Part shown: one piece after another, positions 28,562 through 38,232 of the stretch | How positions within the stretch are numbered: position 1 is the first letter of the stretch | How the letters are laid out: every line of letters starts with the position of its first letter | From: Dehalococcoidia bacterium | Lineage (GTDB): Bacteria; Chloroflexota; Dehalococcoidia; Lucifugimonadales; QGNO01 | DNA: 64,000 nucleotides | Reading direction: 5' to 3' | NCBI GenBank assembly: GCA_965220545.1 | Contig: CBDCQF010000007.1 | Coordinates: 21,123-85,122, forward strand | Notes under the pieces: model-generated | Seen by the model: only the letters and a program-made list of their open reading frames with translations | What the model was told of the DNA's origin: nothing | The model's database searches: none | Translations under genes and position numbers: made by a program

Positions 28562-28627
28562 TACGGGCAAGGTGGCAAACGGGGCAAGGCGGGAGGGAGG
28601 ACATACGGGCAGGCTGGCAAACGAGGG
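28562..28627. repeat. Two imperfect ~24-nt direct repeats, TACGGGCA(A/G)G(G/C)TGGCAAACG(G/A)GG, 42 nt apart
   Basis: Copy 1 is at 28562-28584 and copy 2 at 28604-28627, with about 21 of 24 positions identical by eye. They lie 12-77 nt upstream of the SBP start codon, which is on the minus strand. Confidence 0.6.
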
Positions 28628-28646
28628 TGGTCCGGGTGATGGTTGA

Positions 28647-28672
28647 CCACTGGACAAAAGTGGCGTTTTTTG
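28647..28672 (+). terminator. Terminator-like hairpin plus T-run (weak)
   Basis: CCACT-ggacaaa-AGTGG followed by cgTTTTTTg. The stem is only 5 bp, and no plus-strand gene lies upstream. Confidence 0.2.
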
Positions 28673-28910
28673 CGACTGCCAAGGGGCGCGCCACGCCGAT
28701 GGTGTAGGGGTTGTTGGGCGCTTTTCGGTGAGTCCATGGGTTAAGGGTAGCGGTCGCAGAGGGGTATAGGGAAGGGGGAGATGTCAAGGGGGGCGGACAG
28801 ACGGGTGTGTTTGCAAGCGGGAGGCCTGAGATGCTTCGTCGGCGGGGGTTGTTTTATGGCAATTGGCGTCCAACCGACTCCTCAGCATGACATCACCCCG
28901 CCACTGTGTT

Positions 28911-29007
28911 GGATTCCCGATCGGGGTCGGGAATGACGGTGTAGGGGACAGGGTTTGCGGACAGAGGTTTTGGATTCTTCACTCCGCTTCGCTACGTTCA
29001 GAATGAC
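28911..29007 (+). repeat. REP-like palindromic units of the GGATTC...GAATGAC type (two units)
   Basis: Unit 1 (28911-28937): GGATTCCCGAtcggggTCGGGAATGAC, an 8-bp inverted repeat. Unit 2 (28972-29007): GGATTCTTCACtccgcttcgctacGTTCAGAATGAC. The same termini recur at 36867-36926 in the opposite orientation. Confidence 0.7.
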
Positions 29008-29027
29008 AATTCAGCGGCGGCAGCCCC

Positions 29028-29056
29028 TTGACAAGCCTCCGGCTATAGTTTATATT
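29028..29056 (+). promoter_or_regulatory. Sigma-70-type promoter candidate TTGACA-17-TATATT
   Basis: Perfect -35 hexamer (29028-29033), 17-nt spacer and TATATT -10 (29051-29056). It sits about 35 nt upstream of the GGAGGGG RBS and ATG 29091. Confidence 0.5.
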
Positions 29057-29090
29057 ACAAACTACTTTACGGTGCTATGGAGGGGTTGGC

Positions 29091-29693
29091 ATGCGGAAAC
29101 AAGACAGCGAAGGGCAGGGGATCACCCCGGAGCAGGGGTGGACATCGATACACGCAACCTTGGACAGATCACACAGCTCCATGTATATGGCAGGCTGGAC
29201 CAGCATCGCACTGTTGTGGGGAGCCATCGTAGCGGTGGGGTACCTTTCCATGTACTCCGTCGAAACACTTGCGCCGGAGTTTGCCGCCGACTACCCGTGG
29301 TATCCCGGCCCCTTGTGGTTCGGCCTGGTAATCCCGGGCATGATAGGAAGCTCGATCATCGGCTACCGCGCCAGCAAGCAGAACGCAAGCGGGCCATCCG
29401 CTACGGCGGCCGGACTCCGCGTATTCGGCTTCTGGATGGCTGTGGTAGCGGCCGCTTTCATCATTCCCGCCGCGTCCGGTTTGTGGACCGCCGACTCCGA
29501 CCCAATCGTCATCGGTGGAGTCGCCATAGGCATAGTTGCGCTGGGGTACATTCTGTTCGGCATATTGCATCACTGGGCCATTGCCCTGGTAGGTATTGGC
29601 TTCGCCACTGCCTACTATCTGCCCACACAATTCGCAGGAGACGCCGCACCCGTGGCGTCGGCAGCGCTCATAGTTGCCGTCGTGTCGTGGTAG
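29091..29693 (+). CDS. Integral membrane protein, function unknown (about 5 TM)
   Basis: Hydrophobic segments throughout, and a good RBS. The overlapping 258-aa ORF in another frame is Arg-rich and non-protein-like. Confidence 0.6.
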   Translation: MRKQDSEGQGITPEQGWTSIHATLDRSHSSMYMAGWTSIALLWGAIVAVGYLSMYSVETLAPEFAADYPWYPGPLWFGLVIPGMIGSSIIGYRASKQNASGPSATAAGLRVFGFWMAVVAAAFIIPAASGLWTADSDPIVIGGVAIGIVALGYILFGILHHWAIALVGIGFATAYYLPTQFAGDAAPVASAALIVAVVSW

Positions 29694-29697
29694 CAGC

Positions 29698-30039
29698 ATG
29701 GGCATGGATGCGCAAGAGCCGCGTAGCATGAGTGAAGAACCTGCCGTCCTCAACGAGACGATACATCAGTCCACACGGCTACGCATAATGACGCTGCTGG
29801 TGTCCCGGTCTGACGCGGACCGCGTGGCCCATGGCTTTATCCAGAATACGCTGGGCCTGACCGGCGGCAACCTCACTATCCACCTGCGCAAGCTGGAAGA
29901 CGCCGGGTACGTCAACACCACCAAAGAGTTCCTTGGGTTAAAGCCCCGCACGTGGGTGGAGGCGAAGCCCAAGGGCCGCAAAGCCTTCACCGAGTACCTG
30001 GGAAGCCTGGAACGCGCCCTCAACAAGTCCTTTCGATAG
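29698..30039 (+). CDS. Winged-helix transcriptional regulator (HTH_34/ArsR-like)
   Basis: IHQSTRLRIMTLL ... LTGGNLTIHLRKLEDAGYV ... RTWVEAKPKGRKAF pattern. The start is uncertain (ATG 29698, 29704 or 29728). Confidence 0.7.
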   Translation: MGMDAQEPRSMSEEPAVLNETIHQSTRLRIMTLLVSRSDADRVAHGFIQNTLGLTGGNLTIHLRKLEDAGYVNTTKEFLGLKPRTWVEAKPKGRKAFTEYLGSLERALNKSFR

Positions 30040-30053
30040 CCAAGTCGTACTGC

Positions 30054-30713
30054 TCACTGGCCGCCGTTCTCGTCCAAGTGGCCTGCGTCATTGAATCTCT
30101 CGATACGCCACAGATCCATGTTCGCGAGAGGCGGGCCGTCCAGATACCATCTATCCTTGTCGATAGAAAACTCATACATTGCGGTGTTGCGGATGCCAAG
30201 TGACCACAGCCGGTCGGTGCCCAGAAGCCTGCAGATGACGTAGGACATTATTCCGCCGTGGGAGAACATCAACACACTGTCCGTATTTTCGTGCTCTGTG
30301 ATAAGGCGGTTCACAACGCGACGTGCGCGATCAGTCAGCTCGACGTGGGTCTCTGCCCCGCGCACGAAATCGAAGTTGCCGGTTGCATTGATTTCGCGAG
30401 TCGCTTCGGGAATCCGCTCCTCAGCCTCAGCCCAGGTTAGACCGGAAATCACGCCGACATTGGTCTCGACTAGGTCGCCCCATAACTCTATTGGTATATC
30501 CCAGCTCGACGACGCAATACGGGCAGTCTCCGACGCCCGGCTGAGCGGGCTGGTGTAGATATGGGTCGGCTTGTACCCCTCTCGCTCCAGTCTTGACCGC
30601 AGACGGTGTGCCTGCGAGCGTCCGGCTTCAGACAGGGGGTAGTCTATTCTACCCTGCCAGCGGTTCTCAGAGTTCGCCGTGCTTTCGGCATGTCGGACAA
30701 TCATCAAGTTCAT
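30054..30713 (-). CDS. Histidine phosphatase family protein (phosphoglycerate mutase-like)
   Basis: RHG-type motif LMIVRHAESTAN...WQGR and a downstream SHGG motif. The start is set at MNLMIVRH (30713). Confidence 0.85.
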   Translation of the reverse strand: MNLMIVRHAESTANSENRWQGRIDYPLSEAGRSQAHRLRSRLEREGYKPTHIYTSPLSRASETARIASSSWDIPIELWGDLVETNVGVISGLTWAEAEERIPEATREINATGNFDFVRGAETHVELTDRARRVVNRLITEHENTDSVLMFSHGGIMSYVICRLLGTDRLWSLGIRNTAMYEFSIDKDRWYLDGPPLANMDLWRIERFNDAGHLDENGGQ

Positions 30714-30861
30714 AGCAGCGTCGATTACGTTACGGGACTCATAGGATGATGGCAAGCCCAGTTTGATAACATAACATCATAGGTACGGTGAAAATTATTG
30801 ATAGCCTTTCCAAGATTGTGATAGCATTCGCATACTCTGTTGTGCAATTCCTGGATAGCAA

Positions 30862-31362
30862 GTGACTTCTAATAGCAAGGAATTACGAACCGCGGTAAAG
30901 AGCACGCTGATGTCTCACAACGGCGGCACGGTTACTATCCTCTCTTCTCTACTGGCCATAGAGGATTCCATAGGCTACATCCCCAGTGAAGCTATTGAAG
31001 AAGTGGCCGACTTCACCAACTCAACGATAAATGACGTCTGGGGAGTTGCCTCCTTCTACACAAACTTCCGATTCACCCCGCCGGGGGAGCACGTAGTGGA
31101 GGTGTGCTGGGGACCCTCGTGTCACATACTGGGAGCACAGCGAATTATCAAAGAGGCGCTGGACGCCCTGGGCCTAAGCAGCGAGGGCGATACCGAAGAC
31201 GGCAAGTTCACCTTCAAGTACAACACCTGCCTGGCGGCATGCGGACAGGCTCCGGTTATCAGCGTAGACCATCAGCTCATGGGCAGAATGACGGCTGAAA
31301 AGGCAAAGGAACGCATCTCACGTCTCAGAAACTCGGCAAATGGCAACAAAGGATCGACATGA
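30862..31362 (+). CDS. NuoE-like [2Fe-2S] thioredoxin-fold subunit
   Basis: Cluster ligands CWGPSC ... CLAACGQAP. GTG start; ATGA overlap with the next gene. Confidence 0.85.
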   Translation: MTSNSKELRTAVKSTLMSHNGGTVTILSSLLAIEDSIGYIPSEAIEEVADFTNSTINDVWGVASFYTNFRFTPPGEHVVEVCWGPSCHILGAQRIIKEALDALGLSSEGDTEDGKFTFKYNTCLAACGQAPVISVDHQLMGRMTAEKAKERISRLRNSANGNKGST

Positions 31363-33101
31363 CCCAGGCCTTTGATGAACTGAAGCAGCAAGCAAGCGAC
31401 CACCTGGCCCAGTTGGGATCCAAGCCGCGCGTACGCATAGGCACCGACCTCTCCGGGCTGGCGGCGGGCGCCGGAGAAGTGGTGGAGGCTTTCCGCAGTG
31501 AGGTTGAGTCAAACAAGCTGGACGTGACCATCAGCGAAGTGGGCGGCATTGGCCTGGCCTACGCCGAACCGCTGGTGGACATACAGCTTCCATCCCAGCC
31601 CCGCGTTTTCTACAACAACGTTACCCCTGAGCAGGTGCCCGCTCTGGTCAAAGAGCACCTGATGGGCGGAAAGCCTGCCGATGGAGCAATGGCGGTCAGC
31701 GGCGACGGCGATTCATCGAGCGTGCCAAGCCTGGAAGAGCTCCCCATGATGAAGGGGCAGGTGAGAATAGCCCTGCGCAATGCGGGCCACATTGACCCCA
31801 CGGATATATACGAATACATAGCCAGCGGCGGATACAGCGGCCTGGACAAAGCGCTTTCCGGCATGAGTCCGCAGGAGGTGCAGGAAGAGGTGGCCACGTC
31901 CGGCCTACGGGGCCGGGGAGGAGCAGCCTTTCCCACCGCCACCAAGTGGCGCTTCCTCATGGGTTCGCCGGGGCCGGTGAAGTACATCCTCTGCAACTGC
32001 GAGGAAGGCGACCCCGGCGCATTCAACGACAAGGGGATCCTGGAAAGCGATCCTCACACCCTGATTGAAGGAACGATACTTGCCGGTTACGCTACGGGAG
32101 CTTCCCACGGAATAGTATTCATCCGCCACGGGCACGACGTCCCCATAGACCGCACCCGTGAAGCCATACGCCAAGCGTACGAAAAGGGGCTGCTGGGGAA
32201 GAACATCCTGGGAACGGAGTTCAGCTTCGACGCGGAAGTCTCGCTGGTTGGCGAATCGTATGTGTCGGGAGAAGAGACTGCGCTCATGGAATCCGTGGAA
32301 GGAAAGCGGGCCATGCCAAGGTACCGTCCTCCATTCCCCGCCGCTTACGGGGTGTGGGGCAAGCCCAGCAACATAAACAACATCAAGACCCTGGCTTACG
32401 TGCCTGAGATAGTAGCCAGAGGCGGAGAATGGTTCGCCGGTATAGGCACGGAGAGAAGCAAGGGCACGGCCATACTCTGCCTCTCCGGCGCCATAGAACG
32501 TCCCGGCATGATAGAGGTGCCCATGGGCATGACCATCCGCGAGGCGGTGGAAGGCCTGGGAGGCGGTGTGCCCGGCGACGGGCCGGTCAAGCTATTGCAG
32601 ACCGGCGGCCCGCTTGGCGGAGTCCTCAGCGGTGAGAAGATGGACATACCCCTGGACTTCGACGCCATGGCCAGGGCGGGCGCAATACTGGGTTCCGGCG
32701 GCATAATCGTGGGAGACGAAAGCGTATGCGCCGTTGACCTGGCCAGGCTTCTGGTAGCCTTCTGTCAATTTGAATCGTGCGGGAAGTGCTTCCCCTGTCG
32801 TCTGGGCACCACGCACCTGTTGCAGATACTGGACCGCGTCTGCAGATTCGAGGCCGGTCCACGAGACATGGAGCTCATGCAGGAACTGGGGAACAACATG
32901 GCGGCGGGTTCGCTGTGCGGCCACGGGCAACTTGGGTTCAATCCAATCAAATCCTCCATAGACTACTTCCCAGACGAGTTCGCCGCCGTCATGGAGGAGA
33001 AGCGATGGCCCGCCGGTGAATACTCCGCCGACTTCTTCATGCCGGATAGGGCAATGCGAGACCAGAACACGGAGACCTTTTCCTCGGTAAGGAGGGGCTA
33101 A
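31359..33101 (+). CDS. NuoF-like NADH-binding FMN/[4Fe-4S] subunit with an N-terminal Cys-less thioredoxin-like domain
   Basis: GRGGAAFPTATKW (FMN), GEETALMESVEGKR (NADH), ESCGKCFPCRLG...SLCGHG (N3 cluster). Confidence 0.9.
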   Translation: MTQAFDELKQQASDHLAQLGSKPRVRIGTDLSGLAAGAGEVVEAFRSEVESNKLDVTISEVGGIGLAYAEPLVDIQLPSQPRVFYNNVTPEQVPALVKEHLMGGKPADGAMAVSGDGDSSSVPSLEELPMMKGQVRIALRNAGHIDPTDIYEYIASGGYSGLDKALSGMSPQEVQEEVATSGLRGRGGAAFPTATKWRFLMGSPGPVKYILCNCEEGDPGAFNDKGILESDPHTLIEGTILAGYATGASHGIVFIRHGHDVPIDRTREAIRQAYEKGLLGKNILGTEFSFDAEVSLVGESYVSGEETALMESVEGKRAMPRYRPPFPAAYGVWGKPSNINNIKTLAYVPEIVARGGEWFAGIGTERSKGTAILCLSGAIERPGMIEVPMGMTIREAVEGLGGGVPGDGPVKLLQTGGPLGGVLSGEKMDIPLDFDAMARAGAILGSGGIIVGDESVCAVDLARLLVAFCQFESCGKCFPCRLGTTHLLQILDRVCRFEAGPRDMELMQELGNNMAAGSLCGHGQLGFNPIKSSIDYFPDEFAAVMEEKRWPAGEYSADFFMPDRAMRDQNTETFSSVRRG

Positions 33102-35978
33102 GTGACAACGACAGAGCAGAAGGTGACTATCAACATCGATGGTCGGGAAATCGATGCCAAGCCCGGCGCCATGGTGCTGGAGGCGGCGATAGAAGCCGGG
33201 ATATACATCCCATACCTCTGCTACCACCCGGGCATGAAGCCGTTTGCCGCCTGCCGCATGTGCGTCGTCCAAGAGGAAGTCGAGGTTGAAGTAGAGCGGG
33301 ACGGGGAAAAGGTAACCGAAAGGCAGCTCAGGCCCGCGGCGGCGTCCTGTACGCTTCCCGTCAGAGAGGGGATGTCAATCAGGTCCGCCAGCGATCAGTT
33401 GCGCAACCTGCAAAAGGGGATCATGGAGATGCTCATATCGGAGCATCCTCACGGCTGTCTGACCTGCCACCGCGTTGAGCTATGCGGGCCGGAAGACATA
33501 TGCCAGAGACACGTATCGGTGAACGACCGGTGCGTAATGTGCCCCAAGAACGAACGGTGCGAGTTCAAGGACACCGTGCGGTTCCTGGGCATGGAGCTGA
33601 ACTCGCCGTTGACCTACGAGGTGAGAACGCCAGAAATCGAGGCCTTCGACCCGTTCTACGACCGCGACTACAACCTCTGCATCGTCTGCGGCAGATGCGT
33701 CCGCGTCTGCGAAGAGGCGCGCGGCGACAACGCGATCACGTTCGTGGAGAGGGCAGGGAAGGTGCTGGTGGGAACGTCCAGCGGAACATCGCTGTTGGAG
33801 TCGGGATGCGAGTTCTGCGGGGCGTGCCTGGACGTATGCCCGGTAGGCGCACTTGTCGAACGCGATCACAAGTGGGACAAGGCGGAGAGAATAGTCCGCT
33901 CCACCTGTTCCAACTGCTCGGTGGGCTGCCAGTTGAACCTGGAAGTGAACAAGCGGGAGAAGGTGATCAGGGCAATACCTGAGCTCAACGCTCCCTCCAA
34001 CCACGGCCAGGCCTGCTACATGGGCAAGTTCGGGCTTGAGTTCGTGAACCACAAGGACAGGTTGAAGCACCCCCTGATACGGCGCGAAGGCAACCTGGAG
34101 AGAGCTACCTGGGACGAGGCGCTTGCTCTCGTGGCGGAAAAGCTGGCCGGCTACAAAGGCTCCGGCTTCGCCGCTATCGCATCGGCAAGGAGCACCAACG
34201 AATCGGCATATCTATTGCAGAAGTTCGCCCGTACCGTGATGCAGAGCAACAACGTGGACATAGACTCCAACACCAGACCGGCGCTGACCGGCGCTCTGAT
34301 AGAGCCCCTGGGCTATGCGGCGTCCAGCAACTCCACCTGGGAGTTGAGGAACTCCGAGTGCATTTTGATGGTGGACACCAACACCACGGAGGAACACAAC
34401 GTACTGGCGGTGCCAATCAAGCAGGCGGTCAAGCAGGACAACGCCAAGCTGATAGTCATAGACGCCCGCGAGGTGGAACTGACCCGCTACGCCCATATCT
34501 GGTTGAAGCCGCGTCCGGGAACCACGCTAACCCTGCTCGGCGGACTGCTGCGGTCGATTGTGGACCAAGGCCTGCTGGATGAAGCATTCATCTCTGAGCG
34601 CGCCAGCGGGCTGGATGAAATGAAGATCTCCCTTGAGGGCTTCGCCCCTGAACACGTAGCGCAGGTTACGGGGGTAAGCGCAGAGCAAATAGACGAATCG
34701 GCGCGCATCTTTGCTTCGGCCAGTGCAAGCGCTATCGTCTACGCCTTGGACAACGCAGCCGTGGAGGAGCACGAGGCCCAAGTGCAGGCCATGACAAACC
34801 TGGCGCTGGCCACGGGCAACATAGGCAAACCGTCCGCCGGCCTCTACGCATTGAGGCGCGGAGCCAACGAACAGGGCGCCAGCGACTTTGGATGCGTGCC
34901 CGGCCTGCTGCCGGGATACGCGGTGGTAAGCGACGACGGGGCCAGAAAGCGCTTCGAGGAGGAGTGGGGCACGACGCTGTCGAACGAGGCCGGAATGGGC
35001 GTGCGGGAGATCTTGCAGGCGGCGCGCGACGGCAAAATCAAGGCAATGCTCATGCTCGGCGACGGGGCGGCCTATGAAGGCGACGATCTATATGAATCGT
35101 TGGAGAAGGTAGAGTTCCTGGTAGTACACGATGCATTCCTGGGAGCGGCAGCCCAGCGCGCCGACATGGTGCTGCCGGCAACTACTTTCGCGGACGAAGA
35201 CGGCACTTACACAAACCTGGAGAGGCGTGTGCAACTGGTGACCAAGGCGATCACGCCGCCTAACGTAGAGGCGCTCCCTGCATGGAAGGTAGTCGGAAAG
35301 CTGGCCAAGGAGATGGACGCCGCCGGTTTCGATTTCGAGAATACGGCGGACGTGTTCGACGAGGCTGCATCGCTGGCGAACCGGCTCTACGGCGGCATCT
35401 CACACAAGCGGTTGGTCAGGGAAGCCGTGTTCACACTGCGCCCCGACCCATCGCTGCCACAGCCAACGCAGCTCCTAGAATCCGACAGGGTATCCAAGGG
35501 TATTCAATGGCCATGTGGAGACCAGGACTCGCGGGGAACCCAAGTCCTCTACTCCAGCAGCTTCCCTTACGGAACAGCCAAGCTGATGCCGGTGGGGCAG
35601 CCATCCGAACCGGCGCAGCTTCCAGACGACTTCCCGCTATTGCTGGTGCCGGGACGCGTCCTAGCCGACCAGGAGAGAGACGCCGAGGTGGAGCGGTTTG
35701 AAGTGGTCAACGCCATAACTCGCAAGGAGCTGGTCAACATCCATGCCGGAGACGCGCAAGACCTGGGCCTGGAAGACGGCGACGCGGTTGAACTGGTTAC
35801 CGCCAAACGAAAGGTGCGCGGTGTAGTCGCGGTAACGGAGTCGGCTCACCGGGGCACGGCATCGTTGACCCAGCTGTTTGGCCAGCTGGCAACGCAGCTT
35901 CAAGCCAGCGAAGACCCGGACCCGATGTCGCGGGCGCCGGGACTGGTGATAGAACCCGTGCGCCTGGAAAAGGTCTAG
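33102..35978 (+). CDS. Formate dehydrogenase alpha / NuoG-like Fe-S plus molybdopterin-oxidoreductase-fold subunit lacking the catalytic Cys/Sec-His
   Basis: N-terminal 2Fe-2S, His-ligated and two 4Fe-4S motifs (HPHGCLTCHRVELC, CIVCGRCVRVC, CEFCGACLDVCP), MopB cluster CSNCSVGC, and a C-terminal molybdopterin-dinucleotide-binding-type barrel. The active-site segment reads NNVDIDSNTRPALTGALIEPLGYAASSN, with no Cys, His or in-frame TGA. Confidence 0.8.
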   Translation: MTTTEQKVTINIDGREIDAKPGAMVLEAAIEAGIYIPYLCYHPGMKPFAACRMCVVQEEVEVEVERDGEKVTERQLRPAAASCTLPVREGMSIRSASDQLRNLQKGIMEMLISEHPHGCLTCHRVELCGPEDICQRHVSVNDRCVMCPKNERCEFKDTVRFLGMELNSPLTYEVRTPEIEAFDPFYDRDYNLCIVCGRCVRVCEEARGDNAITFVERAGKVLVGTSSGTSLLESGCEFCGACLDVCPVGALVERDHKWDKAERIVRSTCSNCSVGCQLNLEVNKREKVIRAIPELNAPSNHGQACYMGKFGLEFVNHKDRLKHPLIRREGNLERATWDEALALVAEKLAGYKGSGFAAIASARSTNESAYLLQKFARTVMQSNNVDIDSNTRPALTGALIEPLGYAASSNSTWELRNSECILMVDTNTTEEHNVLAVPIKQAVKQDNAKLIVIDAREVELTRYAHIWLKPRPGTTLTLLGGLLRSIVDQGLLDEAFISERASGLDEMKISLEGFAPEHVAQVTGVSAEQIDESARIFASASASAIVYALDNAAVEEHEAQVQAMTNLALATGNIGKPSAGLYALRRGANEQGASDFGCVPGLLPGYAVVSDDGARKRFEEEWGTTLSNEAGMGVREILQAARDGKIKAMLMLGDGAAYEGDDLYESLEKVEFLVVHDAFLGAAAQRADMVLPATTFADEDGTYTNLERRVQLVTKAITPPNVEALPAWKVVGKLAKEMDAAGFDFENTADVFDEAASLANRLYGGISHKRLVREAVFTLRPDPSLPQPTQLLESDRVSKGIQWPCGDQDSRGTQVLYSSSFPYGTAKLMPVGQPSEPAQLPDDFPLLLVPGRVLADQERDAEVERFEVVNAITRKELVNIHAGDAQDLGLEDGDAVELVTAKRKVRGVVAVTESAHRGTASLTQLFGQLATQLQASEDPDPMSRAPGLVIEPVRLEKV

Positions 35979-36067
35979 TCGCTAAGCCTGATCCACCACC
36001 GGTATTGCACTTTACACCTGGGAAGCCTCGGTTTACCCTTTAATCAAGCAAACCTGTAGGAGAACCC

Positions 36068-36811
36068 ATGACTTCACCCGTATCCAAGCCTAAACTGATG
36101 ACCGCCAGGATAACCAAGCGAATAGACGTCACCCATGACCTCTGGAAGATATGGGTCAAGCCGGAGACGCCTTTCGGCTTCAAACCCGGGCAGTACTGCA
36201 CCATCGGCGTGGACGGCCTGGAACGGCCGTATTCCATTGTATCCGCCCCGTACGAGGATGAAATAGAGCTGTTCATAGAGCTGGTGCCGCTCCCGGACGG
36301 GCGGCTTACACCCGTGCTTCACGATCTGGTAGAGGGAGCGGAGCTGACGATAAGGCCCCGCGCCAAAGGCCTCTTCCTGTTCAAAGAAGACTACCGGGAC
36401 CACCTGATGGTGTCCACCGTGACCGGCGTGGTGCCGTACGTGTCCATACTGCGCCAGTATCTACACGAGGGCAGGGAAGGGCACCGGTTCTTCCTGCTGG
36501 TGGGCGCCAGCTACCATGACGAGTTCACCTACGACGGCGAACTGGCAAGACTGGCCGAGGAGTACCCTGATTTCATCAAGTTCGTTCCTACAATCAGCCG
36601 TCCCGGTGAGGAGAAGAACGCTTCCTGGACGGGCGAGACGGGTAGAGTGAACACCATAGTCGGCAAATACGTTGAGGAGTTCGGCTTGAAGCCGAAAAAC
36701 ACCCTGATATACGCCTGCGGCCACCCCGGCATGATCGAGGACGTGAAGGTGCACGCGAAGGAGATCGGCTTCGATTTCCAGGAAGAGCGTTTCTGGAAGG
36801 AAGACGACTAG
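36068..36811 (+). CDS. fpr: Ferredoxin-NADP+ reductase (plant/Fpr-type FAD/NAD(P)-binding)
   Basis: RxYS FAD motif (RPYSIVSAP), the GTGVVPY-like segment VSTVTGVVPY, and C-terminal CGHPGMIEDV. Confidence 0.85.
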   Translation: MTSPVSKPKLMTARITKRIDVTHDLWKIWVKPETPFGFKPGQYCTIGVDGLERPYSIVSAPYEDEIELFIELVPLPDGRLTPVLHDLVEGAELTIRPRAKGLFLFKEDYRDHLMVSTVTGVVPYVSILRQYLHEGREGHRFFLLVGASYHDEFTYDGELARLAEEYPDFIKFVPTISRPGEEKNASWTGETGRVNTIVGKYVEEFGLKPKNTLIYACGHPGMIEDVKVHAKEIGFDFQEERFWKEDD

Positions 36812-36866
36812 GGCATCGCCTGGCATCTCCCGCATGTTGAGGCTTGAATAGCCCCACGCTCTAACC

Positions 36867-36926
36867 GTCATTCTGAACGGGGTCATTCGGCTACGCTCAG
36901 GGTAGACCCCGCAAAGTGAAGAATCC
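36867..36926 (-). repeat. REP-like unit, same family as 28972-29007, inverted orientation with a longer core
   Basis: GTCATTCTGAAC...GTGAAGAATCC is the reverse complement of the GGATTCTTCAC...GTTCAGAATGAC termini of the unit at 28972-29007. Confidence 0.7.
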
Positions 36927-36971
36927 AAAGCCTCTACTAATAAAGCCCCGCTGCATTTAACGAACCGCCTT

Positions 36972-36991
36972 GGATTCTTCGCTACGCTCAG
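36972..36991 (+). repeat. Left half of a REP-like unit split by the IS110-family element (right half AATGAC at 38116-38121)
   Basis: GGATTCTTCGCTACGCTCAG joined to AATGACGG gives ...CGCTACGCTCAGAATGAC. This is one mismatch from ...CGCTACGTTCAGAATGAC in the intact unit at 28989-29007. Confidence 0.65.
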
Positions 36992-38115
<1,124 letters not shown>

Positions 38116-38180
38116 AATGACGGTGGTACGGAGCTTGGTCATAAATCAGGCAAAGGTCTCCATGTTTGGTCAAGTTCTTC

Positions 38181-38210
38181 TTATGCGGTTGCCTTCATCT
38201 GGTGTACAAT
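38181..38210 (+). promoter_or_regulatory. Possible mutS promoter TTATGC-18-TACAAT
   Basis: The TACAAT -10 (38205-38210) lies 22 nt upstream of the mutS GTG. The -35 is weak. It lies outside the inferred IS boundary. Confidence 0.3.
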
Positions 38211-38232
38211 CCACTGCAACGGAGCGCCGATT

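Noticed and set aside
28562-28627. The direct repeats as a possible CRISPR array or remnant.
   Set aside because: There are only two imperfect copies, the repeat is too short, the spacer is 19 nt, and no cas genes are nearby.
28551-28787. A 79-codon N-terminal extension of the SBP gene (ORF track 26877..28787).
   Set aside because: The extension lacks signal-peptide character. The internal Met at 28550 is followed by a textbook lipoprotein signal (LAVSCSS). The region is better described as non-coding G-skewed DNA.
28955-29731. A 258-aa ORF overlapping the 200-aa membrane protein gene in another frame.
   Set aside because: The translation is Arg-rich with no hydrophobic pattern or motif. 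The 29091..29693 frame has an RBS, a consensus promoter and coherent TM helices.
33102-35978. Possible selenocysteine (in-frame TGA) formate dehydrogenase.
   Set aside because: The reading frame is continuous with no internal TGA, no SECIS-like context is needed, and the active-site segment has neither Cys nor Sec.
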